A DNA stretch of 64,000 bases from an uncultured Clostridia bacterium (GTDB taxonomy: Bacteria > Bacillota > Clostridia > Christensenellales > UBA1242), in NCBI GenBank assembly GCA_934747765.1, contig CAKVGZ010000002.1:3389-67388 (forward strand), written 5' to 3'. The position numbers and the translations under genes were made by a program. Positions 9,920 through 18,395 of this stretch are shown piece after piece. Below the pieces are notes generated by a model, which searched no databases, was not told the DNA's origin, and saw nothing but the letters and a program-made list of their open reading frames with translations. Positions within the stretch are counted from its first letter, which is position 1. Every line of letters begins with the position of its first letter.

Positions 9920-11062
9920 ATGGCAAATCTTGACAGAATAATTTCTAAAGGCTATCAAAACAGGCTAAAAAAAGAAAGAGAAACAAAAGGTCTTTATGAC
10001 ACAATTTATGTGCCAGAAAACCAAAAAACAATAAATCTTCTTCCAATCCAAAATTTGTTTTATGGAAACGACAAGTGTCCCCCACGATTGGAAATATTAC
10101 TTGACCACATCAAAAGAATTAACGATTTAGAAGAAGGTGCTTTCTTCATTGGCGGAAATTTGTTCTATTATCCAGCAGGCAACACAGAAAAGAAGGAAAA
10201 TCTTGCAAAAGGTTACATAGACGACGTTTCAGAAATATTGCGAGTTGCCGACAAGAACAAAATTTTGTTTATGTATAACGGAGTTAATGAAGGAAAGTTC
10301 ATTAATGACAGAACTTTGAAATATCCAATTGAAACAAGCAAAATTGTGGCTCAAAATTTGGGCATAGAAGACAAGTATTATGATGACAACAAAGCAGAAA
10401 TAACTTTTGTTTTCAACAACGCATTAACAAACTACAGTCAAGAAATTTTGAAATGTTTGTTCACAAGCCAAGGTCCAATTTCAACCACAACAAATGCAAT
10501 TGCAACAAAACTTAACAGCATTGCAAACAGCAACATCAACAAGGGCGTTATAGTGGACACAAGTTCTTCAAAATTTTACACTAAAAAGAAGATTGTCAAT
10601 CGTTCAAAAGACCCTCTAACTTCAGTCTATCAAGACTTAACCTTGATAAGCACAGCAGGCTACACATCAATGCCTCAAGTTGCAACTTCAAAACAAATCA
10701 ATGAATATGCTTTGAATGAGAGATATATTGAGCTCAAAATTGAACAAAAGAACCCTGTGTTCCACCAAGATTCAATAAGAGCAACAAATACAATCAAAGA
10801 TGACGAATTTGATAGAACAGCAACTTGCCTAACAATTGGCGTAAATTACGATTTGTATTTTGATGAAGAATTGTTCAGAAGATTGAATGATGTTTTGTTT
10901 GAAAATGTTTATACAAAAGAAAGCCTCAAAGGAAAACTGGAAGAAAAGAGTGAACAAAACTTGCACGAATCAAGCAAAGAAATTTATAACGAAATGAAAG
11001 AAAAGCAAAAGCAAGAAAACAAACCAAAATCTATAGGACCAGCACCATACGTGTTTGAATAA
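9920..11062 (+). CDS. degenerate (probably catalytically inactive) paralog of the upstream metallophosphoesterase
   Basis: Similar size. Motif positions are decayed: 'LLPIQNLFYGN' replaces DxH, 'FFIGGNLF' replaces GDxxD and 'YNGVNEGK' replaces GNHD. It shares 'EYALNERY' with 'TYALDKRY' in the upstream protein. SD TAGGAGAT. Confidence 0.55.
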   Translation: MANLDRIISKGYQNRLKKERETKGLYDTIYVPENQKTINLLPIQNLFYGNDKCPPRLEILLDHIKRINDLEEGAFFIGGNLFYYPAGNTEKKENLAKGYIDDVSEILRVADKNKILFMYNGVNEGKFINDRTLKYPIETSKIVAQNLGIEDKYYDDNKAEITFVFNNALTNYSQEILKCLFTSQGPISTTTNAIATKLNSIANSNINKGVIVDTSSSKFYTKKKIVNRSKDPLTSVYQDLTLISTAGYTSMPQVATSKQINEYALNERYIELKIEQKNPVFHQDSIRATNTIKDDEFDRTATCLTIGVNYDLYFDEELFRRLNDVLFENVYTKESLKGKLEEKSEQNLHESSKEIYNEMKEKQKQENKPKSIGPAPYVFE

Positions 11063-11070
11063 GGAGAAAA

Positions 11071-11331
11071 ATGGAATTAGGAATTGAAACAAGGGGCACA
11101 AAAAATTATTGTAAAACTTGTGGGCACGAACTTAATATGGATGTGCAAAATCAAATATACAATTTTTGTCCATTCTGCTCTGCTCCGCTGAATCTTGTTG
11201 CTTTCAACTTTGTTAAAGAAAAAGAAAAAAGCATAAAATTCCAAGCAGTTGAAGAAATCATTCACATGACTAAACGAAAAGAAGTGTTGGAAATATTAAA
11301 AGAATATCTTGACAGAATTTCAATCGAATAG
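11071..11331 (+). CDS. small zinc-ribbon protein (86 aa)
   Basis: 'CKTCGHE...(18)...CPFCSAP' gives two CxxC knuckles. SD AAGGAG 5 nt upstream. Last gene of the operon. Confidence 0.6.
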   Translation: MELGIETRGTKNYCKTCGHELNMDVQNQIYNFCPFCSAPLNLVAFNFVKEKEKSIKFQAVEEIIHMTKRKEVLEILKEYLDRISIE

Positions 11332-11368
11332 TCCTATATCAAAAAATTAAAGCATAAAATACCCATGT

Positions 11369-12115
11369 ATGAAAATATGTGGGTTTTTTAATAAAAGAAA
11401 AAAGAAAAAATTATCGCCAAAATCTTTCAGAAATATCTTTGCAAACGTAATAATAGGCTGTTTGCTTATTGGTTTGTTTGCACTAACATACACGGGCGGA
11501 ACATTGAATGCTTCTTCACCTTCAAAAGAAGAAGCGGTTTATCATGGCAATATAAATTCAAAAAATATTTGTTTGATGATAAATGTTTATTGGGGCAACG
11601 AATATCTCGACTCAATGCTTAAAACTTTGAAAGACAACAATATTAAAACAACGTTTTTCGTTGGAGGAACTTGGGCAAACCAATACCCTGACCTTTTGAA
11701 AAAAATATATGATGATGGCCATGAAATTGCCAACCATGGATATTATCACAAAGACCATAAAAATATTTCTTATGAAAAAAATAAAAAAGAAATTGAAGAT
11801 AATCACAATTTGATCAAAAAATTGCTTGGTTATGAAATGAAATTGTTTGCTCCCCCAAGTGGGTCATATTCGCAAACCACTTTGGAAATTGCAAAGGACC
11901 TTGGCTACACCACAATAATGTGGACGCGCGACACAGTTGATTGGAGAGATAAAGATGCCAACACAATTTATCAGCGTGCAATCAAAAATGCATCTGGAGG
12001 CGATTTAATTTTAATGCATCCAACCGAAAAAACCGCTGAAGCCCTTCCTAAAATAATTAAAAAATTAAAAAATGATGGATTTAATTTAACAACTGTTACA
12101 GAATGTTTGAAATAA
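11369..12115 (+). CDS. membrane-anchored NodB-type polysaccharide (peptidoglycan) deacetylase, PdaB-like
   Basis: N-terminal TM segment, then 'TFFVGGTWA', 'HEIANHGYYHKDH', 'LFAPPSG' and 'MWTRDTVDWRD' (NodB homology motifs). There is no obvious SD and the ATG lies in a weak hairpin, so the start is uncertain. Confidence 0.8.
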   Translation: MKICGFFNKRKKKKLSPKSFRNIFANVIIGCLLIGLFALTYTGGTLNASSPSKEEAVYHGNINSKNICLMINVYWGNEYLDSMLKTLKDNNIKTTFFVGGTWANQYPDLLKKIYDDGHEIANHGYYHKDHKNISYEKNKKEIEDNHNLIKKLLGYEMKLFAPPSGSYSQTTLEIAKDLGYTTIMWTRDTVDWRDKDANTIYQRAIKNASGGDLILMHPTEKTAEALPKIIKKLKNDGFNLTTVTECLK

Positions 12116-12216
12116 AAAAATAATAAAATTAATAAATAAATAATAAAAAAATAAGTTTTTTAATTAAAATTAACGAAAAAATTAATATTTTTTAAATAAT
12201 ATAAAAAATAAATAAT

Positions 12217-12250
12217 AAAAAACGGAGCAAAATGCTCCGTTTTTATTTTT
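12217..12250. terminator. bidirectional intrinsic terminator between the deacetylase and the holin genes
   Basis: Stem ACGGAGC/GCTCCGT with loop AAAAT, flanked by an A-run and a T-run. Confidence 0.75.
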
Positions 12251-12258
12251 TCAGATAA

Positions 12259-12597
12259 TTATTTTTCTTTAATATTTTCTTCAATTTTTTCATTTTTTTC
12301 TTCAGTATTTTCTTCTTGGGTTTTTTCGTTTTCAGCCAATTCTTCTTGAATTTCTTCACCAAGAATTTTGCTATTATTGTCGTCTTCATCATCAGACTCA
12401 TCGTTTGTTCCTTTGTTATTTGCAGGCATTGTAACAACGCCCAAAACAACAAGCAACCCAGCAACAGCCATGATAATGTCGTTAATCAATTTTCCATCGG
12501 CAATAAATCCAACTGCTCTACCAATAGTTTCAATGAGCACAACAACGGCACCTGAAAGACTGACCCAAAAACTGTAATTTTTGAACAAATTTTTCAT
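12259..12597 (-). CDS. phage holin, LL-H/phi-LC3 (Phage_holin_1)-like, with acidic C-terminal tail
   Basis: 'KNYSFWVSLSGAVVVLIE...IMAVAGLLVVLGVVTMPANNKGTNDES' follows the family pattern KN..FW...(TM)...LLV.LGI..DPTTKG.SDS. Strong SD GGAGGAGGAG. ATGA overlap with the upstream gene. Confidence 0.65.
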   Translation of the reverse strand: MKNLFKNYSFWVSLSGAVVVLIETIGRAVGFIADGKLINDIIMAVAGLLVVLGVVTMPANNKGTNDESDDEDDNNSKILGEEIQEELAENEKTQEENTEEKNEKIEENIKEK

Positions 12598-13022
12598 AAC
12601 TCCTCCTCCTTTGGAAAAACAATTTTCTTAATTTCCTTAACGTCATTTTTAACGCCTTTGACGTCAGCCGAAACTTTTTTTATCATTTTTGAATGACTTT
12701 TCAAACTTGCATCAATCGACTCAATTGATGCTGAAGTTTTTTCAATCTTTCCGCTCAGCGAAGATGTTTGTTCTGAAACATGATTTATAATCTCTCTGCT
12801 TTCATCAAGGTCGTCCTTAATCGAGTCGACAGTGTCTTTAACATCTTCGACTTTATCGTCAAGATGAGTAACAGTTCCCAAGTTTTTGTTTAAAGAACTT
12901 ATTGTGTCTGTATATTTCTTTTCTCTTTTTGAACTGTCTTTCAAAAGATACATTAACAGCCCAACAAAAAGCGTTGCAAAAATTCCGTTAGATATGACAA
13001 TGTTTATAATATCTTGCCACAT
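12594..13022 (-). CDS. BhlA/UviB-family holin-like protein with extended coiled-coil tail
   Basis: The N-terminus 'IVISNGIFATLFVGLLMYLLKDSSKREKKY' resembles BhlA/UviB ('..QGPFAVLF..LLFYVLKE..KRE.KY'). Confidence 0.6.
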   Translation of the reverse strand: MWQDIINIVISNGIFATLFVGLLMYLLKDSSKREKKYTDTISSLNKNLGTVTHLDDKVEDVKDTVDSIKDDLDESREIINHVSEQTSSLSGKIEKTSASIESIDASLKSHSKMIKKVSADVKGVKNDVKEIKKIVFPKEEEL

Positions 13023-13028
13023 TACATT

Positions 13029-13952
13029 TTAGTCCTTTCTGCCCAAAATTTGTGCAACAATTGCTGGATAATAATTTCCTAATAAATTTGTGTACACTTT
13101 TTCTTTCTTCACTTCTTCAATTGCTTTGTCTTTTGGAAGTTTCATCAAATAGTCTTTAACAACATCAAATCTTTCTTTCAAAATTTCTGCAGTGAACTTT
13201 CTTTCCCCAAGTTTTTCTTTTAAAGCAAGAAGTTCTTTGTTCTTTTTTTCAATTCTGTTTTGTTCTGAAAGATTTATTTTCTCTTGTTTAATTCGATTCT
13301 CTTCTTCAAGTTTGTCAACATTTTTGTTAAATTTCAAAACTTCTTCTTGTTGTTTTGCAATTTCTTTGTTGATGCTTGCAATTTTGTTGTCAAGTTTTAA
13401 GGCATAAGAAATGTCAAAACTTCCAAGAGCGTTGTCTTTTTGTTGCTCCAAAATTTCACGTTCATTTTCAAGCTTTGAAACTTGCTTTTTGAAATCGTCT
13501 TCAATTTTTGAAAGTTCAGAATTTTTTGCCCCTTCAATTGCATTAACTGCATCTTCAAAAATTGATGAACGAGAAATTCCTTGTTTGATGGTTTTGTTTG
13601 TTGCTTTTCGAAGTGAGTTGGCATAGTCGCTGAAAACTTTTTCAACGTCTTCGTTTCTATCTTCCTCAAGGTCAAGGGATTTTGAATCAAGTGACGAAAA
13701 TTTTGTGTCGTAGTTGTCTTGTATCTTTTTCAATCCATTTTCTTTTTCAGCTTTCAGCAAAGATTCGGCTTCCGATTTAATGTCATCCTCGCTTGGCTTT
13801 TCGAATGTTTTCTTTTCCAATCCCAAAGAAGTAATTTCGTTTGGAGTGAACTCTTCAAGCGAATATTTTTTGTCAATTTGACCAAGCTTCTCCATAACTT
13901 CTTGTTGGTCTTTATCTAATTCATCATCTGAAAAAATTTTATAATTGTACAT
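13029..13952 (-). CDS. coiled-coil structural protein of unknown role (307 aa from ATG 13952)
   Basis: Perfect SD (CCTAGGAGGTG, then 6 nt) before ATG 13952. An alternative start at 14033 forms an ATGA overlap with the upstream stop. The sequence is dominated by K/E heptad-like helices. Confidence 0.55.
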   Translation of the reverse strand: MYNYKIFSDDELDKDQQEVMEKLGQIDKKYSLEEFTPNEITSLGLEKKTFEKPSEDDIKSEAESLLKAEKENGLKKIQDNYDTKFSSLDSKSLDLEEDRNEDVEKVFSDYANSLRKATNKTIKQGISRSSIFEDAVNAIEGAKNSELSKIEDDFKKQVSKLENEREILEQQKDNALGSFDISYALKLDNKIASINKEIAKQQEEVLKFNKNVDKLEEENRIKQEKINLSEQNRIEKKNKELLALKEKLGERKFTAEILKERFDVVKDYLMKLPKDKAIEEVKKEKVYTNLLGNYYPAIVAQILGRKD

Positions 13953-14029
13953 GCTTACACCTCCTAGGTTATTAAAATTTTGAATGTTTTTGTCTTTAAT
14001 TGCCTTCTTGGCTTGCGTTGTGGAAATTG

Positions 14030-15538
14030 TCATCTGCTAATTCCAAAAGTGATTTCAGGTGCAGAAATATCTACCAAACTTCCAATTGTTTCAATCTTAA
14101 ATTGGAACATTTCTCCTTTCAAATTTGGATAGAACACAGAAGTGACATCTTTGCCTTTCACTTCAAAGCTTTTTTCTTCCACGTCTGTCTTTATCTTCAC
14201 AACGCAATCTTCCTTCGTGAGCAAAGTCACCTTTTCAATCTTTTTGATTTTGTCTGGAAAACCCAAATTTGAATATGATGATGCCCAAACTTTCTTAAGT
14301 GCAGTTCCAAACACTTTTCCACTGTGGTTCATTTCGCCAAGTTTCTTTTTGTGTTCGTTGTTAAAAAGAACTGCAAGTTTGTTAACTGTTTCATATTCAA
14401 TTGAGCAAAGAGATTTAAGGTCAACTCCTCTTGTCAAAGAAATATCCCCTGTCTTAAGGTCAAGTTCAATCAGCGAATTATTGACGTAGCCTCCCATGTA
14501 ACCTTCGCACCCAATAACTTCGCCGTCATCATACTTCAAACGACATCCGAGATAGTATTTTCCGTTGTGATAAGCACAACAACAATTGTCGTTGTTTTCT
14601 GCAAATAATGATTCAATGTTTAACGAAAGTTTTGTTGCAGAATATCCGTTGAAAGAATATATTCCATCTCTGGAAAGGAACATAATTCTGTCACCACAAA
14701 CACAAACAGAATTTCCATATATCTTTCCGCTTGTGACAAACACACTAGACAAGTTAAATTCAGTTTGGTCGCCATAAGCCGACAATCTTGAAATTCCATA
14801 TTGTTTGAAAATATAGACATAATCGTTGAAACTGACAACTTTTTCCAAACATCCGCGGTCATCAATTATTTCGATATAACCTGCTTCGTTTTCCCCCGTC
14901 CAGTTTGTTGGGTCAAGGTTTGCGCTGAACAAAAGTTTGTTTCGTTTTCCTTCTTCAATTGCAAAAACTCTTTCATAGTGTCTGCAAATTGAAATAATCT
15001 TTGGCGCATTGGAATCAAGAGTTGCAATTGACGTTGGATGAAAAACATACATTCCATCAGTTGCAGAAGTTATCAACATAACATCGTTTCCGTTGATGTT
15101 GTAATAAACAGCATTTGGTTCGGATGTGAATGCAAGTTGATTTGTTATGTCTATGTTAAAAAATCCTGGGTCTATGCTTATAATATTTGCAAATTTAACT
15201 TTGTTGTCATGGCTCAAAACAAGCATATTGTCACGGACGTTGTAGGTTGTGTTATAGAATGGAAAAAGCCAAAGTTTGTTCAACTGTGTGAATGTTCCTT
15301 CAACAAACATTTTTCTCATTTCTGGATTTTCGTCGGTTGTTTCGGGAAGATATAATTCGTCAAATCCAATTCCAGTTTGAAGAGCCCCACGTTTGAATAT
15401 GTAATTGTATGTGACTTTTGCATATTTGTAGGGCAAGGAATTTTCGTCTGTTTCAGTGTTTATTCCATACTTAAAAGTTGAAAGAGTGAGTTTGTAGGTT
15501 GATTTGTTTTTTAAAAGAAGTTTGTTTTCATAAATCAT
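14030..15538 (-). CDS. large beta-rich virion protein, possibly a tail hub/nozzle (tubular-protein-B-like propeller)
   Basis: 502 aa. SD GGAGGTG 6 nt before ATG 15538, which forms TAATG coupling with the upstream stop. Repeated 'G.IY.F.G..' beta-blade-like segments. It occupies the position of gp12 in a T7-type gene order. The functional call is positional. Confidence 0.35.
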   Translation of the reverse strand: MIYENKLLLKNKSTYKLTLSTFKYGINTETDENSLPYKYAKVTYNYIFKRGALQTGIGFDELYLPETTDENPEMRKMFVEGTFTQLNKLWLFPFYNTTYNVRDNMLVLSHDNKVKFANIISIDPGFFNIDITNQLAFTSEPNAVYYNINGNDVMLITSATDGMYVFHPTSIATLDSNAPKIISICRHYERVFAIEEGKRNKLLFSANLDPTNWTGENEAGYIEIIDDRGCLEKVVSFNDYVYIFKQYGISRLSAYGDQTEFNLSSVFVTSGKIYGNSVCVCGDRIMFLSRDGIYSFNGYSATKLSLNIESLFAENNDNCCCAYHNGKYYLGCRLKYDDGEVIGCEGYMGGYVNNSLIELDLKTGDISLTRGVDLKSLCSIEYETVNKLAVLFNNEHKKKLGEMNHSGKVFGTALKKVWASSYSNLGFPDKIKKIEKVTLLTKEDCVVKIKTDVEEKSFEVKGKDVTSVFYPNLKGEMFQFKIETIGSLVDISAPEITFGISR

Positions 15539-16107
15539 TAAATCCACCTCCGTTTTGGCAAACGAATGTCGGATTTTTTGCGTGATGCAATGATAAGTCC
15601 GTCTTTAAATCTCTTTTCCCAAATTGACGCGTCGTCGTGAAGTCCACAAATAAACGAATATTCCATGGCCACGCCATAAGCAACAACTCTATCCGAAATC
15701 TTTTGTGAAAATTGTTCCATTTCAGAACTCAAATTTGAAAGCGCTGTTGGCTGAAACGAATAAGTTACTTCAACATCTCCGTCAATTGTTTCAATATATG
15801 AAGGAAAAAGTTTATAGTTGGTTTTAATGCCAAACTTATCTTTAACTTGCAAAACATCTATCAAGTCTTTCGAAAAACTTGAAAGTTGAATTTTTCCATT
15901 AACTGGAGTTAATTTTTCTCGATTGATGAGCGGAATATAATCGGATGCAATCTCACTGATAACAAGATTAAAACATCTCAAAAGGTGTTCAAGTTCTTTT
16001 GTTTGAGAACTTGTTGCCGTTTCTTGACCGTCCAATTCGGTAACATCCAATAACTCATCTTTTTGAAGAAAAACGCAAGCAGTTTTAATAATGTTTTTTG
16101 CCGTCAT
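15538..16107 (-). CDS. virion protein, possibly a head-tail adaptor (189 aa)
   Basis: SD AAAAGGAGAAAAT before the ATG. Size and position downstream of the capsid gene match an adaptor (T7 gp11-size). No motif recognised. Confidence 0.3.
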   Translation of the reverse strand: MTAKNIIKTACVFLQKDELLDVTELDGQETATSSQTKELEHLLRCFNLVISEIASDYIPLINREKLTPVNGKIQLSSFSKDLIDVLQVKDKFGIKTNYKLFPSYIETIDGDVEVTYSFQPTALSNLSSEMEQFSQKISDRVVAYGVAMEYSFICGLHDDASIWEKRFKDGLIIASRKKSDIRLPKRRWI

Positions 16108-16127
16108 ATTTTCTCCTTTTAAATTTT

Positions 16128-16451
16128 TTAATATTTAATTTCTTCAAGCAATCTGTCCTTTGCTTCATATAAAATTCTTTTGTTGTTTCTTTCTTCTAAA
16201 ATTTCATTTTCTTTGTCTATTTCTTTAATCAACTTTTCTTTGTTTTCAACTTTCGTTTTGTTAACAAAATCGATTGTTCTTGCATCAAGATATTGGAAAG
16301 GGACAGTTAAGCAATAACTGTCCCCTATCTGACCAACATTGTGAACTTCGAATTTGTTTGTTTTTGTGTTATAAAAAACACGATAATCCTTATCAATTTC
16401 TTTTAGCCTTTGACAAATAAACAAAACATCATTCAAAATTTCAATTTTCAT
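16128..16451 (-). CDS. hypothetical phage protein (107 aa)
   Basis: Intact ORF, tightly packed between the capsid and adaptor-size genes. Confidence 0.5.
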   Translation of the reverse strand: MKIEILNDVLFICQRLKEIDKDYRVFYNTKTNKFEVHNVGQIGDSYCLTVPFQYLDARTIDFVNKTKVENKEKLIKEIDKENEILEERNNKRILYEAKDRLLEEIKY

Positions 16452-16468
16452 AACCTATTTTTTAACCT

Positions 16469-17686
16469 CTATGCTGTCGCATCTGTCGTTGTGGTAGAAG
16501 CAAAAGGATTTGTAACAGTTGACGAAATGCCCGAAATTTTTCCTTGAGCATTAGGTTTGTTGCAAATAAGGTCAGCATATTTAACAAGTGTAGCTGAATA
16601 TGTTGCTTCGTTTGCGTTTTGTTTGATAACCTTTCCATCATCTCCTTCAAGCCATTTCCAATCGCATAGTTGATGTAAAGTGAATTCATCAGTGTTAAGA
16701 AGATACATTTCGTCTTTTTTAACAAATCTATCTGCATAAACAGGAATTCCATTGTATGTGATTGCTTTGTATCCGCCAGCAAGGTCCATAACATCAATGT
16801 TTCTTTTGTAGTATGACAAATATGTTTGGTATGCTTTTCTAACGTCACGTGAACATGTGATGAAGTTTGCGGATGTTCCACCAATTTCTTCCAATGAATC
16901 TAATCCAGCTTGAATTGTTGCATCAGAAATTTCTTTAGTGGTTGAATCTTTGTATGGAGTGAGCCAAGGATAGTTAGCTTTTGTGAGTCCATAAAGTGAA
17001 GTGCCTGTTCCGAAGATAGCGCCAAGACCTGTTATTTCAAGGCCTTTAGAATTTTGAACAAACACTGTGTAATCTTTTGCAACTGTCAATCCAGAAGCAG
17101 CAGTGTCAAGATAGAACTTATTGTTAGCTCTATCAACATAAGAAATTCTGTGTCCGCTTGAAGCAGGAACTTTTGTGGCAGAATTATAAATGTCAACAAC
17201 CATGCCTTCAATCAAATTTCTGACGCTGTCAACAGTTATAGCACCATCGCTAGAACTAAAAGCCGTCACAGTTGCCAAAAGACCTGAGCCGTCGCCATAC
17301 AACATTCTTCCAAAGTTGAAACTGCTTGCTTTAACAAGTCCTTCCATTTCAGCATTTAAAAGGTTAACAAAAGCACCTGCGTTGTTTGCAGAAGCTCTCA
17401 TAGCTTTGTCTGAAATAGAAATTTTTCCGTAAAGGTTTTTAAGGTCTGTAACAAATTGCACATATTGGTTTTCTGCAGCATTTGGAAGAGAACCAGTTTC
17501 TGTTCCAGCGCCAATTCCGCCGTTAATTCCATAAGGTGCAAGTTTGATAATTTGTTTTCCCCAAACATCAGATGTAGATTGTTCAATCTTGCTGAGAAGA
17601 GGGTTTGCATTTGTGTTTAATTGATTTGCAACAACGCCCAAATAAACATTTTTAAGAGCATTGCTTGCGCTTGTTAATGAAACCAT
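16469..17686 (-). CDS. phage major capsid protein (HK97-fold expected)
   Basis: 405 aa, immediately after the scaffold-like and portal genes. SD TAGGAGAT. Composition and segments such as 'ISISDKAMRAS...GAFVNLLNAEMEGL...RMLYGDGSG' are typical of major capsid families. Not verified by a search. Confidence 0.65.
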   Translation of the reverse strand: MVSLTSASNALKNVYLGVVANQLNTNANPLLSKIEQSTSDVWGKQIIKLAPYGINGGIGAGTETGSLPNAAENQYVQFVTDLKNLYGKISISDKAMRASANNAGAFVNLLNAEMEGLVKASSFNFGRMLYGDGSGLLATVTAFSSSDGAITVDSVRNLIEGMVVDIYNSATKVPASSGHRISYVDRANNKFYLDTAASGLTVAKDYTVFVQNSKGLEITGLGAIFGTGTSLYGLTKANYPWLTPYKDSTTKEISDATIQAGLDSLEEIGGTSANFITCSRDVRKAYQTYLSYYKRNIDVMDLAGGYKAITYNGIPVYADRFVKKDEMYLLNTDEFTLHQLCDWKWLEGDDGKVIKQNANEATYSATLVKYADLICNKPNAQGKISGISSTVTNPFASTTTTDATA

Positions 17687-17708
17687 TTTTATCTCCTAGT
17701 AATAAATT

Positions 17709-18380
17709 TTAGTTTTTAAAGAATTTTTCAGCCAATGCTTTCGCATCGCTGAGATTGTTTGGTTTGCTTGTTTTGGTCAGCAAACTTATTCCACCTTTGA
17801 TTCCGCTTCCGATAACAGGCGGAGCCTTTCTGATTTCATCTAAATAATTTCCAATAACTTTCTTTTTAACGTCGTCGTTAGAAAGAACAAATTTCTCCAT
17901 GAACGAAGACTCGCTTGCAAGTTTGTCGGGTGTTTTGAAATTTTTGGATAACACCCTTCCCCATGCAATTTCCAACATATCGGGCGAATTTCGAAGGTTT
18001 TCATCTTTCAAAATTTCGTTAGAAATTTCACGCGAAAATTCTTTGGCTTGCTCGTTTTGCACCAAAAATTCTGCAACACGAGTTCTCCAATCTTCATTTT
18101 CATAAGCCGGAGAAACAGGTTTTGTTTCATCTTCCGAAGTTTCATGCGTTTCTTTTTCGGCAAATTCTTTTTGAATTTCGCTTAATTTTTGGCATTTTCT
18201 TGTGAATTCTGCTTGAAGATTATTGTACGCGTTAACAAGATCTTCTGCACACGAGAATTTGCCGAATGGGGAGCCCTCCTCTTGCGACGTAGTGGCACCG
18301 CTTTTTTCATTTTCAACAATCCTTCCTAATGCTTGCTCGCTTTGTGATGGTTGTTCCCCAGTTTCAAAATTTTCTTCCAT
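17709..18380 (-). CDS. capsid scaffolding-like protein (223 aa, acidic, helical)
   Basis: Lies between the portal and capsid genes. E/D/K-rich and predicted helical. SD TGGAGAAAA. Confidence 0.5.
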   Translation of the reverse strand: MEENFETGEQPSQSEQALGRIVENEKSGATTSQEEGSPFGKFSCAEDLVNAYNNLQAEFTRKCQKLSEIQKEFAEKETHETSEDETKPVSPAYENEDWRTRVAEFLVQNEQAKEFSREISNEILKDENLRNSPDMLEIAWGRVLSKNFKTPDKLASESSFMEKFVLSNDDVKKKVIGNYLDEIRKAPPVIGSGIKGGISLLTKTSKPNNLSDAKALAEKFFKN

Positions 18381-18395
18381 AAATTTTCTCCATTT

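Noticed and set aside
11369-12115. Calling the NodB deacetylase the missing endolysin of the phage block.
   Set aside because: Deacetylases do not cleave peptidoglycan. The gene is on the opposite strand and looks like ordinary PdaB-type housekeeping or sporulation paralogs. It is kept only as a contextual observation.
12243-12464. 73-aa K-rich minus-strand ORF overlapping the holin gene in another frame.
   Set aside because: It is a low-complexity frame of the acidic-tail coding region. The holin frame has the SD, the ATGA coupling and the family pattern.
13953-14033. Longer version of the coiled-coil gene starting at ATG 14033 (27 extra residues, ATGA overlap with the upstream stop).
   Set aside because: It is not excluded. 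The internal ATG at 13952 has a perfect SD (AGGAGGTG plus 6 nt), whereas 14033 has none, so I annotated the shorter form and recorded the alternative.
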